From: an uncultured Candidatus Saccharibacteria bacterium
Lineage (GTDB): Bacteria > Patescibacteriota > Minisyncoccia > Phycocordibacterales > UBA5272
Length of the DNA: 64,000 bases
Assembly (NCBI GenBank): GCA_964512315.1
Contig: CAZEIK010000002.1
Span: 45,304-109,303, forward strand
Reading direction: 5' to 3'
Part shown: piece after piece, positions 27,934 through 36,273 of the stretch
Numbering within the stretch: the first letter of the stretch is position 1
Layout of the letters: each line of letters starts with the position of its first letter
Translations under genes and position numbers: made by a program
Notes under the pieces: generated by a model
Seen by the model: the letters and a program-made list of their open reading frames with translations, nothing else
Told to the model about the DNA's origin: nothing
Databases searched by the model: none

Positions 27934-27983
27934 GTTTATAAAAAATATTTACATTACTTATATTTGTTATACTTCATACTGTA

Positions 27984-28661
27984 ATGCAAGAAATTCAACC
28001 CAAACAACCAACAACACCAGATCAAAACTTTAAAGAAAGTATATCTGGTATTTGGGACGATGGTTCAAGGGACGCAAGAGAAAGCTCTAAAACAAAAAGC
28101 TTCCTTGGCGCTGCGGCATTGGGTATTTTGGCTGCAATATCTCCAAACAAACAAGCTGATGCTCATAATTTAGATACACAGTCCCAGAACACAACAACTA
28201 TAAGGGAGGGGGTAAGTGAAATGGTTGACGGATATAAAATATTTAATAATCTGTCAGATGCAGAAACAAAATATAATAACGCAGAAAAGGATATAAGATT
28301 TGAAGGTAAAAAGGGGTTCGTTTTCTATACACCAGCTGTGACAGGTGAGAATAGTGTTTATTTTGTTAAAAAAAGTAAACAGCCAGGGGTTCGTTTTGAA
28401 ATAGGCAAGCATGGCAAGAGGGTTGCCCTCATGCCGGATGAAAAATTGATGGATTTGCCACAAGACACTATAGTTCAAGCTGATATTGTTGGTGGCGTTG
28501 GTATTGTAATACTAGAAAAAGGTGCAGAAATGGTTGTTAAGAAATTTATAAGAGATGGCAAAGAGGTTTGGGATGTGGAGGAGGTCGCGGCCTGTAACAA
28601 TAAGATATACAAAATAAAGAAAATGTGCCCACCTTGCCCAACAGGACAACAGTGTAACTAA
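27984..28661 (+). CDS. Hypothetical exported protein
   Basis: 225 aa; hydrophobic segment after a ~38 aa charged leader; C-terminal CPPCPTGQQCN. Confidence 0.7.
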   Translation: MQEIQPKQPTTPDQNFKESISGIWDDGSRDARESSKTKSFLGAAALGILAAISPNKQADAHNLDTQSQNTTTIREGVSEMVDGYKIFNNLSDAETKYNNAEKDIRFEGKKGFVFYTPAVTGENSVYFVKKSKQPGVRFEIGKHGKRVALMPDEKLMDLPQDTIVQADIVGGVGIVILEKGAEMVVKKFIRDGKEVWDVEEVAACNNKIYKIKKMCPPCPTGQQCN

Positions 28662-28662
28662 C

Positions 28663-28691
28663 TTGACATCTTGTCAAATATAGATTATAAT
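28663..28691 (+). promoter_or_regulatory. Consensus sigma70 promoter with a palindrome over the -35 element
   Basis: TTGACA-N17-TATAAT; TTGACA-TCT-TGTCAA inverted repeat at 28663-28677. Confidence 0.75.
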
Positions 28692-28727
28692 ATGAAAACC
28701 CTAAAAAGTGTAATAAATAAAGGAAAT

Positions 28728-31232
28728 ATGAAAAAAATATTATTTAGTTTAATTGGTTTCTCGATGCTTGTTTCTGGGTTTTCTTTTGTAGTGTTTGCCC
28801 AGGATTGTTCTGATTGTGGATATAACTACACCGACGAATATAATGGACCTGGTTATAATTACGGATACAACTATACCGACGAGTATCAAGGGCCAGGGTA
28901 TAATTATAATTTTAATAATTCGTGGGATACAAATACGCAAATAAATTGTACTTCTTGTGGTTTGAATTACAACTATACCGATGAATATCAAGGACCAGGT
29001 GGTTACGGATATAATTTTACAGACAGTTACCCTGCACCAACAACACCAACTAATACTGGGGGGATATATGTTGGTGACTGTAGTTATACTAACGATTGCT
29101 ACACACCACAGACTACAACATATGTACCGACATATACGAACACTACTACATATGTTCCTACTTATACCAATACATATGTTCCGGTATATACAAACGGTAG
29201 TACATATTATGGTACTTATTACACCCAACCTACTTACACCAATACTTATAATCCTGTATACACGACATGTCCTTCGAATGCTTACTGTCCACCAACAACA
29301 ACGCCAGCTCCTGTATACCGCGTTCCAACCAACTCATATCCACCTTCTACAGTAACAACACCTAGCAATAATTCTAGCTATTGGAATTATAACTACAACA
29401 GTACGACCAACACTAACACAACAACTAATACTAATAATAGTGTTACATACGGTCCAGCTTACACTTATACAAATAACACTTGCGCAGGAACAAATAACTG
29501 TAATACAACAGTTAACAACACAACTAACACAACAAATACAACAGGAAGCAATAATGTAAATTATTATTATGGTAACACCACAAACCCAACGCCTGTATGT
29601 ACCAATGGTGCGACCAATTATCCAGGATGTACAATATGTCCAACAGGTCTTGTTTACAGTAATGGTTATTGTATAACTAACATTACTACTAATAACTGTC
29701 CTACTAATTACTATTGGAATGGAACAAGTTGTGTACCACAAACTAGAACATGTCCGAATGGAACAGTGGTGAGTATATGGGATGTTTGTCCAAATCAAAC
29801 ACAAACATGTTGGAATGGAACAGTTATACCAGTATCGTCAGTATGTCCTTCTCAATACAAAACATGTCCAAACGGAACAGTGGTACTAATAAGCCAGCAA
29901 TGTTACAAGACATGTTCTAATGGAACAACGGTACCTGACACACAAGTGTGTTACAGAGTGTGTCCAAATGGGCAATCTATACCGGAGACACAATATTGTC
30001 CATCGTATAACAATTATCCAACAGTAGACATTAACGCTAACCCGAGCGTGATAAGCCGTGGAGGTAGCACAACATTAACTTGGACAAGTCAGAACGCTTC
30101 ATACTGTACTGCATCTAATGGCTGGTCAGGAAGTGTTAACCTGTCAGGATCAACACAGAGAGTGAATGTCTTAGATGCTACAACTTATTCTATTAGATGT
30201 TGTAACTCTCAGAATCAATGTGCAACAGACAGCACAACAGTGAATGTTACTCAGCCATTACCAACATCACATCGCGTGGTAACAACATCAGCAACAGGCA
30301 TAACAAATACTAGTGCTCGTTGTAATGGTGTTGGAATTATTTCAAACGGAGTTGTATCTAACGGATGGTTCGAGTACGGTGAGACCACATCGCTAGGCAA
30401 AGTAACTAACAGTGCCTCAATCGGCAATCAACCATCTTCACCTTTCTCTAACACTATTAATAACTTAAAACCAAATACTACATATTATTGTAGAGCGGTA
30501 ATGAGTAATGCTAATGGTACATATAGAGGTGAGATAGTCTCGTTCAAGACAACTGGTTCAGTTATTAACTATGTGCCAGTAACGCCAACAAAAACTCCAA
30601 ACAAAACAGTCGTTGTTTGTACTGACGAAACAGGAACAAAAGAGACTTTAAAAGAAGGAGAGAAGTTGATGACTATAACTTTAGACAAAAGATCAGGTAA
30701 CACAACACCGGGATCTACGGTTGATTATCGTGTGCATTATCTGAACACAAGTAAGATCAAGTTAAGTAATGCAACGGTCAAAGTTGTAATACCTAGCGAG
30801 ATGGAGTTCGTATCTAGTAATCGTGGTATGTATGATGCAGACACAAGAACTGTAACAGCAGACCTAGGCACTGTGGGTGCTGGATCCTCAGATGACTTGA
30901 TCGTCAGAGTAAAAGTTAAAGATAATGCCGAGACTAACAAGTCAGCAGTAATGAGTAGCTATATTTCATACGACGCATTAGACCAAAAAGGCCAAACAAT
31001 TCGTGATGAGAACACTTCTTATGTAATCAGCACAATAACCAAAGCTGAGCAGAATAATAATGTTTCAAATACAGACAATAATAATTCTGCACAAAAATCA
31101 ACACAAACAGATAGATCGTATTTGCCTAATACAGTTCTAGAGTGGCTAGCAATAATCGCATTAATATTCGTTCTGATTGTCTTAGGTAAGGCAATCTGGA
31201 CAGGATTAAAAGGCGAGGAGCACAGTCACTAG
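28728..31232 (+). CDS. Large repetitive cell-surface protein (Tyr/Thr/Asn-rich, Cys repeats, FN3-like and DUF11-like domains, C-terminal anchor)
   Basis: SD AAGGA plus signal peptide MKKILFSL from 28728; YNYTDEYxGPG x3; CxNG repeats x5; LKPNTTYYCRA; LPNT + TM. Confidence 0.85.
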   Translation: MKKILFSLIGFSMLVSGFSFVVFAQDCSDCGYNYTDEYNGPGYNYGYNYTDEYQGPGYNYNFNNSWDTNTQINCTSCGLNYNYTDEYQGPGGYGYNFTDSYPAPTTPTNTGGIYVGDCSYTNDCYTPQTTTYVPTYTNTTTYVPTYTNTYVPVYTNGSTYYGTYYTQPTYTNTYNPVYTTCPSNAYCPPTTTPAPVYRVPTNSYPPSTVTTPSNNSSYWNYNYNSTTNTNTTTNTNNSVTYGPAYTYTNNTCAGTNNCNTTVNNTTNTTNTTGSNNVNYYYGNTTNPTPVCTNGATNYPGCTICPTGLVYSNGYCITNITTNNCPTNYYWNGTSCVPQTRTCPNGTVVSIWDVCPNQTQTCWNGTVIPVSSVCPSQYKTCPNGTVVLISQQCYKTCSNGTTVPDTQVCYRVCPNGQSIPETQYCPSYNNYPTVDINANPSVISRGGSTTLTWTSQNASYCTASNGWSGSVNLSGSTQRVNVLDATTYSIRCCNSQNQCATDSTTVNVTQPLPTSHRVVTTSATGITNTSARCNGVGIISNGVVSNGWFEYGETTSLGKVTNSASIGNQPSSPFSNTINNLKPNTTYYCRAVMSNANGTYRGEIVSFKTTGSVINYVPVTPTKTPNKTVVVCTDETGTKETLKEGEKLMTITLDKRSGNTTPGSTVDYRVHYLNTSKIKLSNATVKVVIPSEMEFVSSNRGMYDADTRTVTADLGTVGAGSSDDLIVRVKVKDNAETNKSAVMSSYISYDALDQKGQTIRDENTSYVISTITKAEQNNNVSNTDNNNSAQKSTQTDRSYLPNTVLEWLAIIALIFVLIVLGKAIWTGLKGEEHSH
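28821..29030 (+). repeat. Coding repeat YNYTDEY(N/Q)GPG x3 plus one degenerate copy
   Basis: Visible in both DNA (AACTA(C/T)ACCGA(C/T)GA) and protein. Confidence 0.85.
29748..30002 (+). repeat. Five tandem Cys-pair repeats, xCxNG-x8-C
   Basis: TCPNGTVVSIWDVC, TCWNGTVIPVSSVC, TCPNGTVVLISQQC, TCSNGTTVPDTQVC, VCPNGQSIPETQYC. Confidence 0.85.
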
Positions 31233-31267
31233 ACTAAAAACTTCAACAACAAAGCCTTAGAATAGTA

Positions 31268-31302
31268 ACAAAAGGCGGCCCGCGAAGCGGGCCGCCTTTT
31301 GT
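31268..31302 (+). terminator. Bidirectional-type terminator hairpin
   Basis: ACAAAAGGCGGCCCGC-GAA-GCGGGCCGCCTTTTGT. Confidence 0.85.
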
Positions 31303-31316
31303 GTTAAAATACTAAT

Positions 31317-31757
31317 ATGAAATTAAAAGGTGTAAAACTAGAACACTTGGATCAGGTTGCAGCAGCGTTGATTGAGAGCTTGGGTGACAACAAGGATGGA
31401 TCGGTTGTATACCTTTCCGGTGACCTGGGTGCCGGCAAGACAACACTTGTGAAGTCTGTTGCTAAGCTACTAGGTGTTACTGACTCAGTTCAGAGTCCTA
31501 CTTTTGTTTTTATGCGTGAATACAAAACCAAAGATAAAAGTTTTAAAAATCTTTATCACGTGGACGCTTATAGATTTGAACAAAAAGAAGACGGTAGCAT
31601 ATTAAAATTGGACTCCTTAAAAAAGAAAGGTAACTTAGTTATTATTGAATGGCCAGAAAAGATGCACAGTCCAGAAGCTTCCATTGCTTTACATATTAAA
31701 CACAAGAATGAAAATGAGAGAGATATAGAAATAAAAGACAATGCTAAGAAAAAATAA
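31317..31757 (+). CDS. tsaE: tRNA t6A biosynthesis ATPase TsaE
   Basis: LSGDLGAGKTT, VQSPTF, YHVDAYR, IIEWPE. Confidence 0.95.
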   Translation: MKLKGVKLEHLDQVAAALIESLGDNKDGSVVYLSGDLGAGKTTLVKSVAKLLGVTDSVQSPTFVFMREYKTKDKSFKNLYHVDAYRFEQKEDGSILKLDSLKKKGNLVIIEWPEKMHSPEASIALHIKHKNENERDIEIKDNAKKK

Positions 31758-34086
31758 AAAAAGGGTAATATTGATAGACTCTCACGCGTTACTTCATCGT
31801 GCCTATCACGCGATGGCCGGCTTCTCAACTAGAGACGGCAGACCAACGGGGGCAATTTTTGGTTTCGTTAGGATGATATTTAATGGAGTCAAAGACATAG
31901 ATCCACAACACGTGATAGCTTGTTATGATTTGCCTAAGCCAACCTTTAGACATATTGCTTATGAGAATTATAAAGGCACAAGACAGAAGATTGATGACGA
32001 CTTAAAAGTTCAGATCAAAGAGAGTAAAAAGTTCTGCCAAGCCCTCGGTATACCAATAGTCGAATGTGAAGGGTTTGAAGCTGACGACCTGTTGGGTACA
32101 TTGTCTAGAAAGTTCGACCCAAAAGAATTCGATGTTGTTATTGTCTCTGGCGACATGGATGTTATGCAGTTGATAAACAAGAATGTTTTTGTGTATACAA
32201 TGAAAAAGGGTAACGAGACGGCCTTTTTTGATGAGGAGGCGGTAGTTGGTAAGTATGGGATTAAGCCAAGTCAAATACCTGACTACAAGGGGTTGGCTGG
32301 GGATGCAGGAGATAACATCGTGGGCGTGGACGGAATAGGTGATAAGACGGCGGTTAAGTTAATAAATACATTTGATAGTATTGAGAACCTTTACAAACAA
32401 ATAGAAAAAAATGAAGAGAAGGTCTTGGAAGTAATCAGTCCTAGAATATTAGAAAAGCTGAAAGCCGGCAAAGAGGAGGCGGAGTTCTCTAAGACATTAG
32501 CCACCATTAGAATTGATGCGCCGGTCGAAGAAGATGTTAAACATATTTGGCCGAATGGCGCAGACATTGTAACTTATCAAAAGCTTTGTGATGAGTATGA
32601 ATTAAGGAGTCTGCGTAATTATTTTGACTATTTAGATATGGAAAAGGAGGGCCAAATGCTTGACCAAAAGTTAGACAAGTCAGCAGTCTTAAATGAGTCG
32701 CAAATGAATGAGCTTTGGAGTATGGCGGCGCTACTTAACTCAGAACAATTAAAACCAACATTTGAAGAGATTAAGACAGCTTACTCTTTGGATGGTAACT
32801 TTGATATGGTTAAGATTGGTCTCTTGAGTAAAATAAAAGAAGAAGGTCTCCTGGATTACTATTCTCAAATAGAAAAACCAATACTAGAAATAGTCAAACA
32901 CATGAAGTCCTCGGGCATGCTGATTAATAGAAAGGCTTTGACTGACGCGTTAGAAACTTTTTCTAAAAAGATAAAAGAAAAAGAAAAGACTATACACTCG
33001 CTAGCCGGCAAAGAGTTCTTAATATCTAGTCCAAAGCAATTAGGTGAGGTGTTGTACGATGATCTGGGCTTAGGGCAAAAAATAAAGAAGACAGCAACTG
33101 GCAAGCGAAGCACAAATGTTGAGATGCTTAACACTCTCAAAGATGAACACCCGATAGTAAGTGAAATACTCGTCTGGAGAGAGCTGACCAAATTATATGG
33201 CACATATCTCGAGCCTCTTGCTGGGTTTATAGGAGAAGATGGCAGAATACATCCGCACTTTATACCAGCTGGTGCTGCTACTGGAAGATTTAGTTGTGAG
33301 AATCCGAACATGCAGAACCTGCCAATTAAGAGCGAATATTCTGAGTCAATACGTAATATATTTGTCTCAGAGTGGGGGTATAGGTTACTCTCCTTAGATT
33401 ATTCTCAGGTTGATTTGCGTAGTGCAGCGATACTTTCGGGAGATGAGCAGTTAATAGATATTTTTAAAAGAAATCAAGACATTCATCTTGGTGTTGCTGC
33501 GAGGACTTTACACAAAAGCGAAGAAGAGGTAACGAAAGAAGAAAGGCGCAAAGCTAAAGCTATTAACTTTGGGATACTTTACGGTATGGGGGTTAGTTCT
33601 CTCAAGGAGTCGATGGGTGTCGATAGGCTAGAGGCTCAGGAGTTCTATGATACATACAAGAGCACCTTTGTAACCTTGATGGAGTATTTGGAAAAGGTTA
33701 AGTCGGAAGCCACAAAGCTTGGCTACACCAAGACCCTTTTCGGTAGACCAAGGCATATACCATTATTGCGATCTAAGATGCCCTTTATGCGAGCTCAAGG
33801 GGAGCGCATAGCAATTAACGCTCCAATACAAGGCACGTCAGCGGACATCATAAAACTCGGCATGATAGATGTCTGGAATGAGTTATCTAAATATTTTGAA
33901 AATGGAACACTTAAAATGCAATTACAGATTCATGACGAGTTGGTGTTCGAGGTTAAGGACGAAGTGGCCGATGAGTTAGGTCTGAAAATCAAAAGCATTA
34001 TGGAAAATGTTTTAGAAAAAAGGGATATCAAAAATGTGCCGCTTGTTGTTAGCTTGGATGTTGGTGATACACTAGGACAGATATGA
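31741..34086 (+). CDS. polA: DNA polymerase I (3'-5' exonuclease region degenerate)
   Basis: 5'-3' exonuclease motifs EADD and SGD.D; polymerase motifs DYSQVDLR, KAINFGILYG, NAPIQGTSAD, QIHDELVFE. Confidence 0.96.
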   Translation: MLRKNKKRVILIDSHALLHRAYHAMAGFSTRDGRPTGAIFGFVRMIFNGVKDIDPQHVIACYDLPKPTFRHIAYENYKGTRQKIDDDLKVQIKESKKFCQALGIPIVECEGFEADDLLGTLSRKFDPKEFDVVIVSGDMDVMQLINKNVFVYTMKKGNETAFFDEEAVVGKYGIKPSQIPDYKGLAGDAGDNIVGVDGIGDKTAVKLINTFDSIENLYKQIEKNEEKVLEVISPRILEKLKAGKEEAEFSKTLATIRIDAPVEEDVKHIWPNGADIVTYQKLCDEYELRSLRNYFDYLDMEKEGQMLDQKLDKSAVLNESQMNELWSMAALLNSEQLKPTFEEIKTAYSLDGNFDMVKIGLLSKIKEEGLLDYYSQIEKPILEIVKHMKSSGMLINRKALTDALETFSKKIKEKEKTIHSLAGKEFLISSPKQLGEVLYDDLGLGQKIKKTATGKRSTNVEMLNTLKDEHPIVSEILVWRELTKLYGTYLEPLAGFIGEDGRIHPHFIPAGAATGRFSCENPNMQNLPIKSEYSESIRNIFVSEWGYRLLSLDYSQVDLRSAAILSGDEQLIDIFKRNQDIHLGVAARTLHKSEEEVTKEERRKAKAINFGILYGMGVSSLKESMGVDRLEAQEFYDTYKSTFVTLMEYLEKVKSEATKLGYTKTLFGRPRHIPLLRSKMPFMRAQGERIAINAPIQGTSADIIKLGMIDVWNELSKYFENGTLKMQLQIHDELVFEVKDEVADELGLKIKSIMENVLEKRDIKNVPLVVSLDVGDTLGQI

Positions 34087-34649
34087 TTTATTTACGCGTA
34101 GGCACAGATGCTAACATTAGGAAAAGGGGTGACGAACTCTTTTCTCACACCACACGTGTTTTGCGTAAGGAAGAGATAGAGAGTCTTAGGCAATATCTCT
34201 CAGCTGACATGTTCGGCAACAAAGAGGTGATTAGAATAGAAGATTGGCAAGGAGAAAAAGAAAGAGAGTTTTTATACGAACATTTGGAAGATATAAAAAA
34301 GTCGGAGAATATATTTTTGATAGACGAGATGAGCATGTTGGCGCCAACTTTTAAAAAGCTTTCAGGATTTGCAGATAAGGTTTTTGATGCAAGAGAAGAA
34401 GAGAAAGACGGAGACCCCTTTAAGCTCGTTAACTATATAAATAAAAAAGATAAACGTAACGCCTGGATAGAGTTCACAAAAGTTAAGAATCAAATACCAG
34501 CCGAAGAGTTACAAGGGGCTTTGTTCTGGAAAATGAAAACAATTAGCGACAAGTCGGCGATGTTCGATCTTATAAAAGCTAGATATGAGACACATGAGGG
34601 TGTTGCGGATTTGTATGATGAAATAGAAAAACTTATACTAAGAATATGA
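34083..34649 (+). CDS. Reduced DNA polymerase III delta (HolA)-like protein
   Basis: SADMFGNK (resembles the SLFG motif), PFKLV, LFWK; 188 aa; coupled to polA. Confidence 0.5.
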   Translation: MIYLRVGTDANIRKRGDELFSHTTRVLRKEEIESLRQYLSADMFGNKEVIRIEDWQGEKEREFLYEHLEDIKKSENIFLIDEMSMLAPTFKKLSGFADKVFDAREEEKDGDPFKLVNYINKKDKRNAWIEFTKVKNQIPAEELQGALFWKMKTISDKSAMFDLIKARYETHEGVADLYDEIEKLILRI

Positions 34650-34843
34650 AATACCTCTTATACATTTTTGTTGGGTTCTGGGCTCTATGGATATTGTGGT
34701 ATCTAACTGGTGGGCCGTTGCGTGACGATAAGACTAAAATGTTCGTGACACCAACTGAGAACGGTGTTGAATACACTGGATCTGTAAAAGATTTGAATCA
34801 ACAGGGGTTAGACAGTATAAATAATTTTATAAACAAAAACTAA
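34646..34843 (+). CDS. Small membrane protein
   Basis: 65 aa, N-terminal TM helix then WYLTGGP; ATGA overlap. Confidence 0.65.
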   Translation: MKYLLYIFVGFWALWILWYLTGGPLRDDKTKMFVTPTENGVEYTGSVKDLNQQGLDSINNFINKN

Positions 34844-34880
34844 AAAGCGGTTTTGATTTTCTTAACGTTTTTGTATTTTT

Positions 34881-35000
34881 AGCAGGATTCGGTCACAAAA
34901 CATATTCCGCTGACACTACATTGTTTCGCGACCCCGTATTCGAATCCTGACAAAAGACGCCCTGGCGTCTTTCTCTGTGTTCACAATTTTTACAAAATTG
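34881..35000 (-). repeat. tRNA-associated element, copy 1 (3' of tRNA-Lys)
   Basis: TTTCGCGACCCCGTATTCGA (34924-34943) is identical to 43497-43516; GGTCACAAAA at 34891-34900; partial duplicate of the tRNA T-arm at 34881-34891. Confidence 0.85.
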
Positions 35001-35073
35001 TGCCCCCAGCAGGATTCGAACCTGCGACCATCTGCTTAAAAGGCAGTTGCTCTACCGACTGAGCTATAGGGGC
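35001..35073 (-). tRNA. tRNA-Lys(TTT)
   Basis: GCCCCTATAGCTCAGTCGGTAGAGC...CTTTTAA...GGTTCGAATCC...GGGGGCA. Confidence 0.95.
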
Positions 35074-35118
35074 GATTGCGATATATTATCATGTTTTTCG
35101 GTATTTGTCATTTCTGAT

Positions 35119-35146
35119 TTGACAAACACTTAATAAGGAGTAGAAT
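35119..35146 (+). promoter_or_regulatory. sigma70-type promoter divergent from tRNA-Lys
   Basis: TTGACA-N16-TAGAAT. Confidence 0.6.
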
Positions 35147-35152
35147 TTTGTT

Positions 35153-35359
35153 AGGAGCTGCGGACGAGGAGGAGACCCCGCCACGTTTACGGCTTGTTAC
35201 TCGGCCTCAATTGCGACACTGTTGATTCAAAAAACCTCTCGCAGAGCAGACGCAGAGGAGTCAAAACTAACTATGGATTACGTTGAGCAACACTGCTGAG
35301 AACCCAGCCGACCCGAGAGTCGGCTGGCCACAACCCGGACCATCAGGCCCGGTGTTTTT
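35153..35359 (+). ncRNA. Candidate structured non-coding (or micro-ORF) transcript
   Basis: GC-rich ~200 nt between a promoter and a hairpin+T tract; strong hairpin CCAGCCGAC-CCGAGA-GTCGGCTGG; no long ORF. Confidence 0.35.
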
Positions 35360-36271
35360 ATTTCTGGCAATTGGGGCAGAATACTGTAGTGCGGCCAGAT
35401 ATAATCATTTTTTCTAAAACACTTCTACATCTCACACATTTTTCTCCAGCTCGGCCGTACACTTTGTGTTCACGTGCAAAGTTACCACGACTGCCATCAG
35501 CTAGTAGATAGTCCGATATAGAAGATCCGCCTAGGTCTATTGCTCGCTGAAGTATTGAGATTATATTTTTATAAATAAGAGATATCTCTTGCTTACTCAA
35601 TGTCTTACAATTCCTATCGGGCCTAACCTTAGAAGCAAAACATACTTCATCTGCATATATATTGCCACACCCAACCACAACAGACTGCTCGAGTAGCACC
35701 GTCTTAATGGCTTTGTTTTTTTTAAAATATTTTCTTTAAAGTGGTCTAAAGTAAAGTTTGCGTCAAATGGTTCGAGGCCTATTTTATCGAAATGTTTTTG
35801 GCTTATTGCTTCTTGCTCACTTTTGTAATGCAAGACATAGCCGAATTGTCTGACGTCATTGTAGTATAAGTTGCCACGGTCTAACTCGAATATTATGTGA
35901 GTATGCTTGTGGGGCAGTGGCTGCCTGTACGACTCCTCTATCGGGTGGCCACCAGTCACTATGTCATTTTTGGTTTTGTTATTGGTTTCGTCTACGTAAA
36001 CAAGTTGCCCGGTCATTTTTAAATGAATTAGAACAACATCACCTTCTGTTGTTTTTATTATTAAGTTTTTGGCACGACGAGAAACAGAGTCTATGGTTTT
36101 ACCTTCTAAAAGTTCTTCAAAGTTTGTGGCTTTTATGTTGCTTGCCTTTCTGATTGTTCCAGATCCTGATACTATTTTTTTATTTTTTACAGTGACTTTT
36201 CTGATGATTCTCTTTTTAAGAACTTTGTCTAAACCTTTTCTTAGTGACTCTACTTCAGGTAGTTCCGGCAT
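35358..36271 (-). pseudogene. mutM: Formamidopyrimidine-DNA glycosylase, frameshifted at an A8 run
   Basis: MPELPEVE, HLKMTG, DVRQFG in one frame; LLEQ..V.G.GNIYADE and the zinc finger in another; break at T8 35716-35723. Confidence 0.9.
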
Positions 36272-36273
36272 GT

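Noticed and set aside
28821-29230. CRISPR-like DNA repeats
   Set aside because: Repeats are in frame, vary at synonymous positions and encode peptide repeats
28749-29804. Antisense Cys/Ile-rich ORFs
   Set aside because: Reverse-strand shadows of the Thr/Asn/Tyr low-complexity region
34881-34950. Second tRNA gene or tRNA intron in the Lys-adjacent element
   Set aside because: Only T-arm fragments are present, with no D or anticodon arm, and the upstream tRNA is already complete
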